Shown here: piece after piece, positions 1-7,971 of the stretch
How the letters are laid out: each line of letters begins with the position of its first letter
How positions within the stretch are numbered: position 1 is the stretch's first letter
Origin: an uncultured delta proteobacterium
GTDB taxonomy: Bacteria > Myxococcota_A > Polyangia > Polyangiales > B10-G4
Length of the DNA stretch: 64,000 nucleotides
NCBI GenBank assembly: GCA_963727445.1
Contig: CAVSGI010000003.1
Location: 32,001-96,000 of the forward strand
Direction of reading: 5' to 3'
Position numbers and translations under genes: made by a program
Notes under the pieces: model-generated
Databases searched by the model: none
What the model was told of the DNA's origin: nothing
Seen by the model: the letters and a program-made list of their open reading frames with translations, nothing else

Positions 1-787
1 GAAGCGCTTCGAAAAGGAAGTGCAGCTCACGGCGAGCCTCATCCATCCGAACACGGTGCGCATCTTCGACTACGGCCGAACGCCCGACGGCGTCTTCTAC
101 TACGCGATGGAGCTTGTCGAGGGTGGCGACCTCGACGCGATGGTACAGGCCTCGGGCCCGCAGCCGGCTGCGCGCGTCGCGTACCTGATGGCGCAGGTCG
201 CCGGGAGCCTCTCCGAGGCGCACGACGTCGGCCTCATCCACCGCGACATCAAGCCCGCCAACATCCTGGTCAGCTGCCGCGGGGTGTACGACCTGGTGAA
301 GGTGGCGGACTTCGGATTGGTGCGCGAAGTGACCGAAGCCGATCCCACCGAGAGCCGGATGGAGATCGTCGGTACGCCGCAGTTCATGGCTCCCGAGACC
401 TTCACCACCCCCGAGACCGTGGATGGCCGCGCCGACCTCTACGCCCTCGGCGCCGTCGGCTACTACCTCCTCACCGGTCGCCACGTCTTCGAGCGCGCCG
501 GGACGCTGCAGATCCTCGCGGCCCACGCCACCGCGCCGCCCGAGGCGCCGTCGACCCTCGTCTCTTCGGTCCCGCCGGCGCTCGAGGCGATCCTCTTGCA
601 GCTCCTCGAGAAGGAGCCGACCAGCCGCTTCGAGAGCGCGCAGGCCCTCGCGCGGGCGCTCGCGCCCATCGCCGCGGATTGGAGTCCGGAGCGCGCGTCC
701 GCGTGGTGGCAGACCCACGAGGGGGCGGTGCGGGCGCGCGAGAGCCTGCCTTATGCGCTCACCGTGGCGCGGGGCTCTCGGGGTTGA
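1..787 (+). CDS. Hanks-type Ser/Thr protein kinase, 5'-truncated by the window edge
   Basis: Kinase motifs HPNTVRIFDYG, HRDIKPANIL, DFGL, GTPQFMAPE, DLYALG; frame open from the window start. Confidence 0.95.
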   Translation, partial: KRFEKEVQLTASLIHPNTVRIFDYGRTPDGVFYYAMELVEGGDLDAMVQASGPQPAARVAYLMAQVAGSLSEAHDVGLIHRDIKPANILVSCRGVYDLVKVADFGLVREVTEADPTESRMEIVGTPQFMAPETFTTPETVDGRADLYALGAVGYYLLTGRHVFERAGTLQILAAHATAPPEAPSTLVSSVPPALEAILLQLLEKEPTSRFESAQALARALAPIAADWSPERASAWWQTHEGAVRARESLPYALTVARGSRG

Positions 788-1790
788 GCGCCTCCGCCGG
801 GCCTTCTTCGGTCTCGGCTTCCACGTCCACGTCCACTTGCATCTCCGCGTCGCTCTCTTCGACTTCCTCCTCCGTGTCCGTGTCGGGAAGGAGCAGGAGG
901 TCGTGCTCCGTGCCGTGCATGGTCCAGTAGGGGGCGCGGGCGAGGAGGGTGCGCTCGTAAGTGCTCTCGCCACGGGAGAAGCGCACGATGGCGTGCGGCT
1001 CCTCGACGTCGACGTGATAGACGTCGCGGCGGTCGCCGAAGGAGACCGTGATGGGACGCGCCTCGAAGGTGCCCTCGGGCACCTCCACCGTCTGGGGCGC
1101 ACCGATGTCGACCTCGGCGATGAGGGGCTCGGGAGGCACGGCCCGATTCGAGAGCTGACTCGGGACGAGGTCAATCCTGCGCGTGCCGCCCGTGTCGGCG
1201 TCGAGGGCGCGGAGCCAGACAGGGAGCGCATCTTCGAAGACCAGGTCCTCGGGGAGCGACAGGGGCGCCACGACCTCTGCCTGATCGCCGAAGTAGCTGA
1301 ACGCCCGCAAGAGCCCCTCGTCGCCGCGCACCGTGAAGATCGCCGAGGTGGTGCCGCACCATTCCTGGCTGCTCATCGCCAGCTTCATGGGGCGCAGCTC
1401 GGTGCGCGTCAGGAAGACGCTGACCATCTGGCGGTAGGTGTAGACGCCGGTTTGGAAGGTCAGGAGCGTGTTCGACTTGATGGCGTCGACGACGTGCTGG
1501 TGATGGGGGCCGTCGGCTTTGACCAGACGCTCGGGATCGAAGGACTCCTTGACGGTGATGAGGACGAGCTCGCCCTCGCGCATCTCCCCGTAGCGCATCT
1601 GATGGGCCACGAAGCGCGCCACCTCCGCGTTGCCGTCGTCCCAGAGCGCGCTCTCGAAGAGGTCGTTCTCGGCGGGCGCGCCGGCCTCGAAGGTCGGCGC
1701 AGGGGGCGGCGGGCGCTCGAGGTCCTCGGGCAGCGTGGAGCAGCCGGCCAGGCCGACGGCGGCGACGAGGGGGAGGCAGAGGGCGCGCAT
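759..1790 (-). CDS. Lipoprotein of unknown function
   Basis: Probable start ATG 1790 (MRALCLPLVAAVGLAGC, lipobox LAGC); globular core WDDGNAEV..QMRYGEMREG..SSQEWCG; acidic C-terminal tail. Confidence 0.75.
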   Translation of the reverse strand: MRALCLPLVAAVGLAGCSTLPEDLERPPPPAPTFEAGAPAENDLFESALWDDGNAEVARFVAHQMRYGEMREGELVLITVKESFDPERLVKADGPHHQHVVDAIKSNTLLTFQTGVYTYRQMVSVFLTRTELRPMKLAMSSQEWCGTTSAIFTVRGDEGLLRAFSYFGDQAEVVAPLSLPEDLVFEDALPVWLRALDADTGGTRRIDLVPSQLSNRAVPPEPLIAEVDIGAPQTVEVPEGTFEARPITVSFGDRRDVYHVDVEEPHAIVRFSRGESTYERTLLARAPYWTMHGTEHDLLLLPDTDTEEEVEESDAEMQVDVDVEAETEEGPAEALNPESPAPR

Positions 1791-1863
1791 GGGGGTGGCA
1801 GTATGGGTTTTTCCGCAGCGATGTGCTCTAAAAGGCTTCGTGGCGGGTTCTGAGACGCCGGAG

Positions 1864-2391
1864 ATGTGGGAGAGCGAGCTCCTGACGAGCGACGCCATAG
1901 GGCGCCTCATCGAATTCTGGGGCTTCAAGCGCTCGATGGGCCGGATCTGGACCATCCTCTATCTCTCGGACCATCCGCTCACGGCCCACGACCTGCGCGA
2001 CCGCCTCCAGATGAGCGCCGGGGCCGTCTCGATGGCCATCAAGGAGCTGAGCCACTGGGGCGTGGTGAAGAAGGTCTGGATCCAGGGGAGCCGGCGAGAC
2101 CATTTCGTGGCCGAGTCGAACCTCTGGAAGATGATCACGCGGGTCTTCCAGGAGCGCGAGCGCGTCGAGATCCTCGAGGCCATCGATCAGATGGAGCGCG
2201 CCATCGCGTTCCTCGACGACAAGGCCAGGCACGGTAGCGCCGAGGACAAGCGCCGGGCGCGCGACCAGAAGGCCCGCATCGAGCGGCTGATGGACCTGGC
2301 GAAGCTCGGCCATCGCCTGGTGACGGCGCTGGTCGAAAAGGCCCGCGTCGACGCCAGCCCGCTCGTGAAGTTCCTCCTCGGCGACTCCTGA
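1864..2391 (+). CDS. GbsR/MarR-family (COG1510-like) winged-helix transcriptional regulator
   Basis: IGRLIEFWGFKRSMGRIWTILYLSDHPLT..DL...LQMSAGAVSMAIKELSHWGVV pattern; start ATG 1864 or GTG 1840. Confidence 0.85.
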   Translation: MWESELLTSDAIGRLIEFWGFKRSMGRIWTILYLSDHPLTAHDLRDRLQMSAGAVSMAIKELSHWGVVKKVWIQGSRRDHFVAESNLWKMITRVFQERERVEILEAIDQMERAIAFLDDKARHGSAEDKRRARDQKARIERLMDLAKLGHRLVTALVEKARVDASPLVKFLLGDS

Positions 2392-2478
2392 GCCGACGAC
2401 AACAGCCAGAACACCCAGGAAGAGGGGCTTTTCGAACCTTTTGGGTGAACCGGCCCGATCCAGCCAGATCCGACGCTT

Positions 2479-2506
2479 AGTTTACATAATCTATCTTCTG
2501 CGAAAT
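2479..2506 (-). other. Putative dif site (XerC/XerD chromosome dimer resolution site)
   Basis: Minus strand reads ATTTCGCAGAA-GATAGA-TTATGTAAACT: 11-6-11 layout like E. coli dif (GGTGCGCATAA-TGTATA-TTATGTTAAAT), in an AT-rich gap between convergent genes. Confidence 0.8.
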
Positions 2507-2615
2507 AGAGATGTAGGGGGTTTATGGAAATGTCCGGATCGCGGTTCTTGCCAGACCGGGGATCACTTCTGCCGAACCGGGACGGATCACTCAGCCCGGT
2601 CTGTGACACCTGGCG

Positions 2616-3827
2616 TCAGTACGAGAAGGCGTGGAGCGAGCCGCCGTTGGCGACCACGAAGCCGTAGCCGCCATAGACGCTGGGGAGCGCGCTGAAGCCA
2701 TAGCCGGCTTCGAAGCGCGCCGTCTCGCGGCCGGTGCGGAGCGAGAGCGCGAGGAACGGCCCGGCGCTGACGCTGACGAGCACCGAGCGGCCCGCCACGA
2801 CAGGCGCCGAGGCCGCGCCGCGCTCCACGCGGTGCTTCCACAGCGGCGCGCGCGCCGCATCCCGGGTCAGCGCCATCACGCCTTCATCCGCTGAAGAGAC
2901 GATCAGGGCATCGGGGGTCACGGCGACGCCGACCACACCGGTGAGCGTCTGGTCGTGCCAGACGACCGTGCCGCTGCCCGGATGGAGCGCGTAGAGGCCG
3001 CCGGCGAAAGACGCGACGAAGAGCTCGTCGCCCGCGGCCACGGGCGTGGTGTCGACATCGACGAACTGCGGTCGGCCCCCGTCCGGCCCGTCCACGTCCA
3101 CCGAGGTGTCCCGCTCCCACACCACGGTGCCGTCTTGGGGATCGAGCGCGACGACCGTGCCGTCCGTCATCCCGGTGACGAGCTTTCCGTCGACGTGTGC
3201 GAGCCCGGCGTGGCCGCTGATCGAATATCCCTCGGGCGCCTCCCGCTTGTAGGTCCAGAGCACGTCGCCATTGCGGCGCGCGTGGGCGGTCACCACGTCG
3301 GTGTCGCTCACCACGACGATGGCCTCCTCGAGGAGCACCGGCGGCTGGCGGATCGGCCCGCCCGTGACCTGGCGCCAGCGAACCGCACCCGTGGAGGCGG
3401 TCAAGGCGTGCATCACGCCCTGCTCCGTGCCCACGTAGACCTCGTCGGCCTCGGGGTCGAGCGCTGGCATCGATTCGATGGCGCCACGCGCGTCGTAGCC
3501 CCAGATCCGCCCGCCGTTCGAATGCAGCGCGTAGAGCGTCCCCGCGGTCGAGCCCACGAAGAGACGCTGTCGCGCCGGATCGAGCGCCGCCATCGCGCGC
3601 TCCACGGGCGAGTAGTCGCCTTCGGTGAGGCCGCCGCGCGGATCGCGCAAGAGGTCCGAGTCGCTCGCGCTCGGCGCGAGGCGCTCGGTCCACAAGAGGC
3701 GCACCGGGCCCTGGGTGGCCTGGACCCGCTCGTCGCGGGCGTCCCACCAGCCGGCGCTGTCGAAGCCGCCGCTGCAGGCTCCGAGGACGGTCGCGAGCGC
3801 GAAGAAGATGACGGCGCGAAGGCGCAT
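2616..3827 (-). CDS. bamB: PQQ-like beta-propeller lipoprotein, BamB-like
   Basis: Lipobox LGAC; repeated G.(L/V).ALD..(T/D)G...W blades; directly downstream of a YfgM-like gene as in yfgM-bamB operons. Confidence 0.7.
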   Translation of the reverse strand: MRLRAVIFFALATVLGACSGGFDSAGWWDARDERVQATQGPVRLLWTERLAPSASDSDLLRDPRGGLTEGDYSPVERAMAALDPARQRLFVGSTAGTLYALHSNGGRIWGYDARGAIESMPALDPEADEVYVGTEQGVMHALTASTGAVRWRQVTGGPIRQPPVLLEEAIVVVSDTDVVTAHARRNGDVLWTYKREAPEGYSISGHAGLAHVDGKLVTGMTDGTVVALDPQDGTVVWERDTSVDVDGPDGGRPQFVDVDTTPVAAGDELFVASFAGGLYALHPGSGTVVWHDQTLTGVVGVAVTPDALIVSSADEGVMALTRDAARAPLWKHRVERGAASAPVVAGRSVLVSVSAGPFLALSLRTGRETARFEAGYGFSALPSVYGGYGFVVANGGSLHAFSY

Positions 3828-3832
3828 CCCAA

Positions 3833-5224
3833 TCACTGTGGCGCGCTGCCTCCCGGAGCCGGGAGACCACCGCCGCCCTGCTGCTGCTGGAGCAGCTTCT
3901 GCAGGATCTCCGGTGGGATGTCTTGAAGGCCGCCCGCGCCACCCGCGCCACCTGGACCGCCGCCCGCGCCCGGGATCTGGAACCCGCCGGGGCTGGTCTC
4001 CTGCGGCACCAGCGAGGAGTCGAGCTCGAGGAGGCGGATTTCCGTCTGGTTGCGGACGTAGTTGAGATCGGGGCGGTCCTCGTCCTCCTCGCGGAGCTTG
4101 TCGAGCAGACCGGCGAAGATCTCCTTGGCGTGATCGGTGTCGCCCTTCGCGAGATACATGCGACCGATGTGGTACTCGGCGACCTCTTCGAAGGCGCCGT
4201 CGCCCGAGCTCTTCAGCTCGTTGAAGCGCGCGAGCGCGTCGTCCCACGACTCTTCGCCCTCGAAGCTGAAGGCGAGGCCCTCGAGGGCGCGCCAGGCCAC
4301 CGTCGGGTTCTGTCCGCCCTCGGCGAGGGCCGCCTGAAAGCGCTCCCGCGCTTCACCATAGCGCTCGAGATCGAGGAGCGCCGTGCCTCCTTCGAGCGCC
4401 GCCCAGATGGCCGCGGGGGTGCCGGGAAAGTCGCTGCGCACCGTGTCGGCCCGCTCGAGGGTCGCCTCGGCGCGCGCTTCGGTGGAGTCGAAGATCTCCG
4501 ACTCCTCGTCCTGGTCGCCGGCCACGTTGCCTTCGGAGCGGATCTCGCCCTGCGCGGCCTGCACCGCGTCCCAGAGACCGGTCGAGGCTTCCTCGGCCTT
4601 CGCCGAGCTGGTGACCGAGTAATAGGTCACGCCGGCGACGATGAGCACCACGGCGCCCGCCGCCATCCAGAGCTTCTGGCGATTCTCGGTGACCCAGTCG
4701 GTGGCGACCGCGGCCTGCTTGAGCACGCGATCCTCGACGACCTCCGCCTGCCGTCCGCGCTTGTCCGCCTTGCGCTTGGCTTTGCGCGCCTTCGCGGCCG
4801 CGAGGCGCTCGCCCGGCGTCATCCCACTGCCGCGACGCTTCTTGCCCTTCTTGCCGGAGGCCTTCTTGGTGGACGCTTCTTCGTCGTCCGAGTCGTCCGA
4901 GTCCTCGTCGTCGTCCGAGTCCTCGTCGTCGTCCGAGTCCTCGTCGTCGTCCGAGTCCTCGTCGTCGTCCGAGTCGTCGTCCTCGTCATCCGCCTCGTCC
5001 GAGCCCGCGTCGTCCTCGTCGTCCGAGTCGTCGTCCGCGTCGTCCTCGTCATCGGAGTCCGCGTCGTCGTCCGAGTCCTCTTCACCGGCGTCGTCCGACT
5101 CCGAATCCGAATCGGATTCCGTCTCCGAGTCCGAGTCGGACTCCGTCTCCTCGGCCTCCGCGGAGCCCGTCTCTTCTTCTTCCGTGGCCTCGGTCTCGTC
5201 TTCGGCCTTTTCGTCCGTGCTCAC
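3833..5224 (-). CDS. YfgM-like membrane-anchored TPR protein with a long acidic then basic N-terminal extension
   Basis: WVTENRQKLW + TM helix, then FPGTPAAIWAALE and TPR helices; about 120-aa D/E/S tract followed by a K-rich patch; probable GTG start 5224. Confidence 0.75.
   Translation of the reverse strand: MSTDEKAEDETEATEEEETGSAEAEETESDSDSETESDSDSESDDAGEEDSDDDADSDDEDDADDDSDDEDDAGSDEADDEDDDSDDDEDSDDDEDSDDDEDSDDDEDSDDSDDEEASTKKASGKKGKKRRGSGMTPGERLAAAKARKAKRKADKRGRQAEVVEDRVLKQAAVATDWVTENRQKLWMAAGAVVLIVAGVTYYSVTSSAKAEEASTGLWDAVQAAQGEIRSEGNVAGDQDEESEIFDSTEARAEATLERADTVRSDFPGTPAAIWAALEGGTALLDLERYGEARERFQAALAEGGQNPTVAWRALEGLAFSFEGEESWDDALARFNELKSSGDGAFEEVAEYHIGRMYLAKGDTDHAKEIFAGLLDKLREEDEDRPDLNYVRNQTEIRLLELDSSLVPQETSPGGFQIPGAGGGPGGAGGAGGLQDIPPEILQKLLQQQQGGGGLPAPGGSAPQ
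4895..4975. repeat. Coding 18-bp tandem repeat (GTCCGAGTCCTCGTCGTC x4 plus a partial copy), encoding DDEDSD units
   Basis: Copies start at 4895, 4913, 4931, 4949, partial at 4967. Confidence 0.9.
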
Positions 5225-5338
5225 GTGAATATCCTCGCGATCCCGTGTCTTTCCGGGCTCTGCCGGCCGGGACCTTGGCATGTGCCCTGGGGAGCGTCAA
5301 TCCGCCCCGGATCGGCGGGCCTGTGCTATCCAGCCGTG

Positions 5339-5872
5339 GTGCGTCGCACCCTGACCGCCCTCCCCCTCGCCCTCTCCTTCTGGGCCCTGTTCGGCGGCCA
5401 GGCACACGCCTACGAGGACCAGGGCACGTTCGGTTTCGAGGCGGGCTACGGGGTCGTCGCCATCACCGACACCACCCTGCCCCAGCACGGCGCCCTCTTC
5501 GGTCTCGAGCTCTCCCTCGGCCTGGGCGACCAGTTCGCCGTCCGCGCCCACGCCGACTACGGCTACCACCCCGGCGACGACCCGATGCACCTCGCCCTCT
5601 TCGGCGTCGAGGGCCTGTACCTCGTCGACATCGTGCAGCTCGTCCCCTACTTCGGGATCGGCATCGACGGCATCGCCACCGTCTACCAGGACGCTGGCAG
5701 CCTCGAGCTCGGCGTCCACGTCGTCGCGGGCGCCGAGTATCTGCTCAGCCGCCATTGGCTCGTCGGCCTCGACGTCCGCCCGCACTTCTTGCCGGTCACG
5801 CTGGCGGAAGGGCGGGCGGAACCGATCTACGTGTCGGTGAACCTGCGGGTGAGCTGGTTGTTCGATTTGTAG
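5339..5872 (+). CDS. Small outer-membrane beta-barrel protein
   Basis: Signal peptide (..GGQAHA), alternating beta strands, LVPYFGIGID motif, aromatic C-terminal strand (LRVSWLFDL). Confidence 0.75.
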   Translation: MRRTLTALPLALSFWALFGGQAHAYEDQGTFGFEAGYGVVAITDTTLPQHGALFGLELSLGLGDQFAVRAHADYGYHPGDDPMHLALFGVEGLYLVDIVQLVPYFGIGIDGIATVYQDAGSLELGVHVVAGAEYLLSRHWLVGLDVRPHFLPVTLAEGRAEPIYVSVNLRVSWLFDL

Positions 5873-5894
5873 GGGTGATGGAGGCCAGGGACTC

Positions 5895-6290
5895 CAATCC
5901 CGGCTCTACGTCACCTACGCTGCGCGTTCGCCGCTGAGCCTTTTCGTGGGCGGCTCCCAATCCCGGCTCTACGGCGCCGCTTCGCTGCGGCGCCGCTGAG
6001 CCTTTTCGTGGGCGACGCAATCCCGGCTCTACGTCACCTACGCTGCGCGTCGCCTCCGGGCGCACTGCGCCCTACGGCGCCGCTTCGCTGCGGCGCCGCT
6101 GAGCCTTTTCGTGGGCGACGCAATCCCGGCTCTACGTCACCTACGCTGCGCGTCGCCTCCGGGCGCACTGCGCCCTACGGCGCCGCTTCGCTGCGGCGCC
6201 GTAGAGCCTTTTCGTGGGCGGCTCCCAATCCCGGCTCTACGGCGCCGCTTCGCTGCGGCGCCGCTGAGCCTTTTTCGTGGGCGGCTCCGC
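5895..6290. repeat. Mosaic palindromic REP/BIME-like array between convergent genes
   Basis: CAATCCCGGCTCTACG at 5895, 5958, 6018, 6121, 6226; hairpin CGGCGCCGC-TTCGCT-GCGGCGCCG at 5972, 6075, 6178, 6240; GAGCCTTTT(T)CGTGGGCG x5. Confidence 0.9.
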
Positions 6291-6321
6291 GCCACCTCGC
6301 TGCGCTTCGGCTTCGCTCCGC

Positions 6322-7380
6322 CTAGTAGCAGGCCGGGGACGTCCCGGTCATCGGCGTGCAGCTGAAGTCGGCGCAGTCGGCGAATCCGTTGCCGTCGTTG
6401 TCGATGCCGTCGGAGCACTGGTCGTAGCCGCGCTCGGTGGGGCAGACGGTGACGAAGGGATTCATGGTGCAGCTGAAATCTTCGCAGTCCGTGAACATGT
6501 TCCCGTCGTTGTCCTCTCCGTCGGAGCACGCGGCGTCGGTGTTCTCGCCGGGGCAGACCGTGACGTCGGGGTTCTGGCTGCAGGAGAAATCTTCGCAGTC
6601 CATGTGGCCGTTGCCGTCGTTGTCGACGCCGTCGGAGCAGAGATCATCCGAGGTCATGCTGCCGCTTGCGCAGGCCGCGATGCCCTCGCCCATGCAGCGC
6701 GAGTCGGCGCAGTCGGTGTCGCCGTCGCCGTCGTTGTCCATCATGTCGGAGCAGGTGGCGTTGGTCTGCTCGAGGGGCGGCTGCATGCAGGTCGCGTCGA
6801 CGACCTGGCAGTCGTTGTCGGCGCAGTCCACGTATCCGTCGCCGTCGTTGTCCGTCATGTCGTGACAGCCGTTGGTCCCGCCGGTGCAAGCATCGACGTT
6901 TTCGCGCATGCAATCGTCGTCGGCGCAATCGACCATGCCGTCGCCGTCGTTGTCCATCATGTCGGAGCACTTCTCGTTCGTACCCTCGCCGACGCAGACG
7001 ATGCGCATCATGCAGCCGTTGTCTTCACAGTCGGTGAAGCCGTCGCCGTCGTTGTCGAGACCGTCGTTGCAGAGCGGGTTGCTCGCCTCAGCCTGGGGAC
7101 AACCGGTCGCACCGATGCAGCCGTTGTCGTCACAGTCCATGAAGCCGTCGCAGTCGTCGTCCATGCCGTTGCCGCAGAGATCGCCGGATTCGATCATCGC
7201 CGTCATGGTGCAGTCGCCCCCATCGCCGGTGGTCCCGGTGTCTCCACCGTCCCCGCCGCCGCTATCGCCGGCGGTGCTGTCGGGGACGCCCGAGTCGCCG
7301 GTCATCCGCGGGGGATCGTTGCGGCAGCCGGCGAGAACGAGGGCGAGGGAAAGAAGCGAAGTGACGACTGTAAAGCGCAT
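6322..7380 (-). CDS. Lipoprotein built from 8 Cys/Asp-rich C.DG.DNDGDG..DC.D..C repeats
   Basis: Start ATG 7380, lipobox LAGC, Gly/Asp/Thr linker, 8 repeats running to the C-terminus. Confidence 0.85.
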   Translation of the reverse strand: MRFTVVTSLLSLALVLAGCRNDPPRMTGDSGVPDSTAGDSGGGDGGDTGTTGDGGDCTMTAMIESGDLCGNGMDDDCDGFMDCDDNGCIGATGCPQAEASNPLCNDGLDNDGDGFTDCEDNGCMMRIVCVGEGTNEKCSDMMDNDGDGMVDCADDDCMRENVDACTGGTNGCHDMTDNDGDGYVDCADNDCQVVDATCMQPPLEQTNATCSDMMDNDGDGDTDCADSRCMGEGIAACASGSMTSDDLCSDGVDNDGNGHMDCEDFSCSQNPDVTVCPGENTDAACSDGEDNDGNMFTDCEDFSCTMNPFVTVCPTERGYDQCSDGIDNDGNGFADCADFSCTPMTGTSPACY

Positions 7381-7478
7381 GAAAGTCCTCCGAAGGGCCC
7401 CAGACGGGGCGCTGTGGGATAGCTTTTGGGGGCCCCTGACGCAAAAAGAAAAGACGCTTTCCTCCTGTTGTCGCGGTG

Positions 7479-7871
7479 TTATCGCTCGATCGTCACCAGA
7501 TCGCGTATCCGTGAGAGGGCTCTCGGTCCCACGCCACGGACCGCTTCGAGGGACTCGAGGCTCTCGAAGCGCCCCTCGGCGGCTCGGTGAGCGACGATGC
7601 GCGCCGCGAGGGTCGGACCGATCCCGGGCAGCAGCTCGAGCTCCGCGGCGCTCGCCCCATTCAGATCGATCGGCTCCCCATCCCGGAGCGCGCGCGCCGC
7701 TTCGCCGAGGCCGGCGTCGCGCGCCTCCCCACTCGGGGGTGGACGCTGGCGCTGGGCGGAGAGATCGCGCGCAGAGACGGAGGGCGTCGAGATCTCGGTT
7801 CGCGCCATCGCCGAGAGCCCCACCGCGAGGGCGAGCGCCGCCAGAGCCGAAAGCGTCCTCGCTTCGCGCAC
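7479..7871 (-). CDS. comEA: ComEA-family helix-hairpin-helix DNA-binding protein
   Basis: IDLNGASAAELELLPGIGPTLAARIVAHR...GRFESLESLEAVRGVGP double HhH; N-terminal hydrophobic anchor; GTG start estimated. Confidence 0.85.
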   Translation of the reverse strand: MREARTLSALAALALAVGLSAMARTEISTPSVSARDLSAQRQRPPPSGEARDAGLGEAARALRDGEPIDLNGASAAELELLPGIGPTLAARIVAHRAAEGRFESLESLEAVRGVGPRALSRIRDLVTIER

Positions 7872-7971
7872 GAGCCCTTGTCGCGCCGAGCGACCGCGAG
7901 TTGCGCCGTTCGGTGACAAAGGCAAGGGGGGGCTTGCAGGCGGCGGCGCGTCGACCGCATCCTGCCGCCCC

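Noticed and set aside
5895..6290. CRISPR array
   Set aside because: Sequences between repeats are themselves repeated, spacing is irregular (60-105 bp), and no cas genes are present
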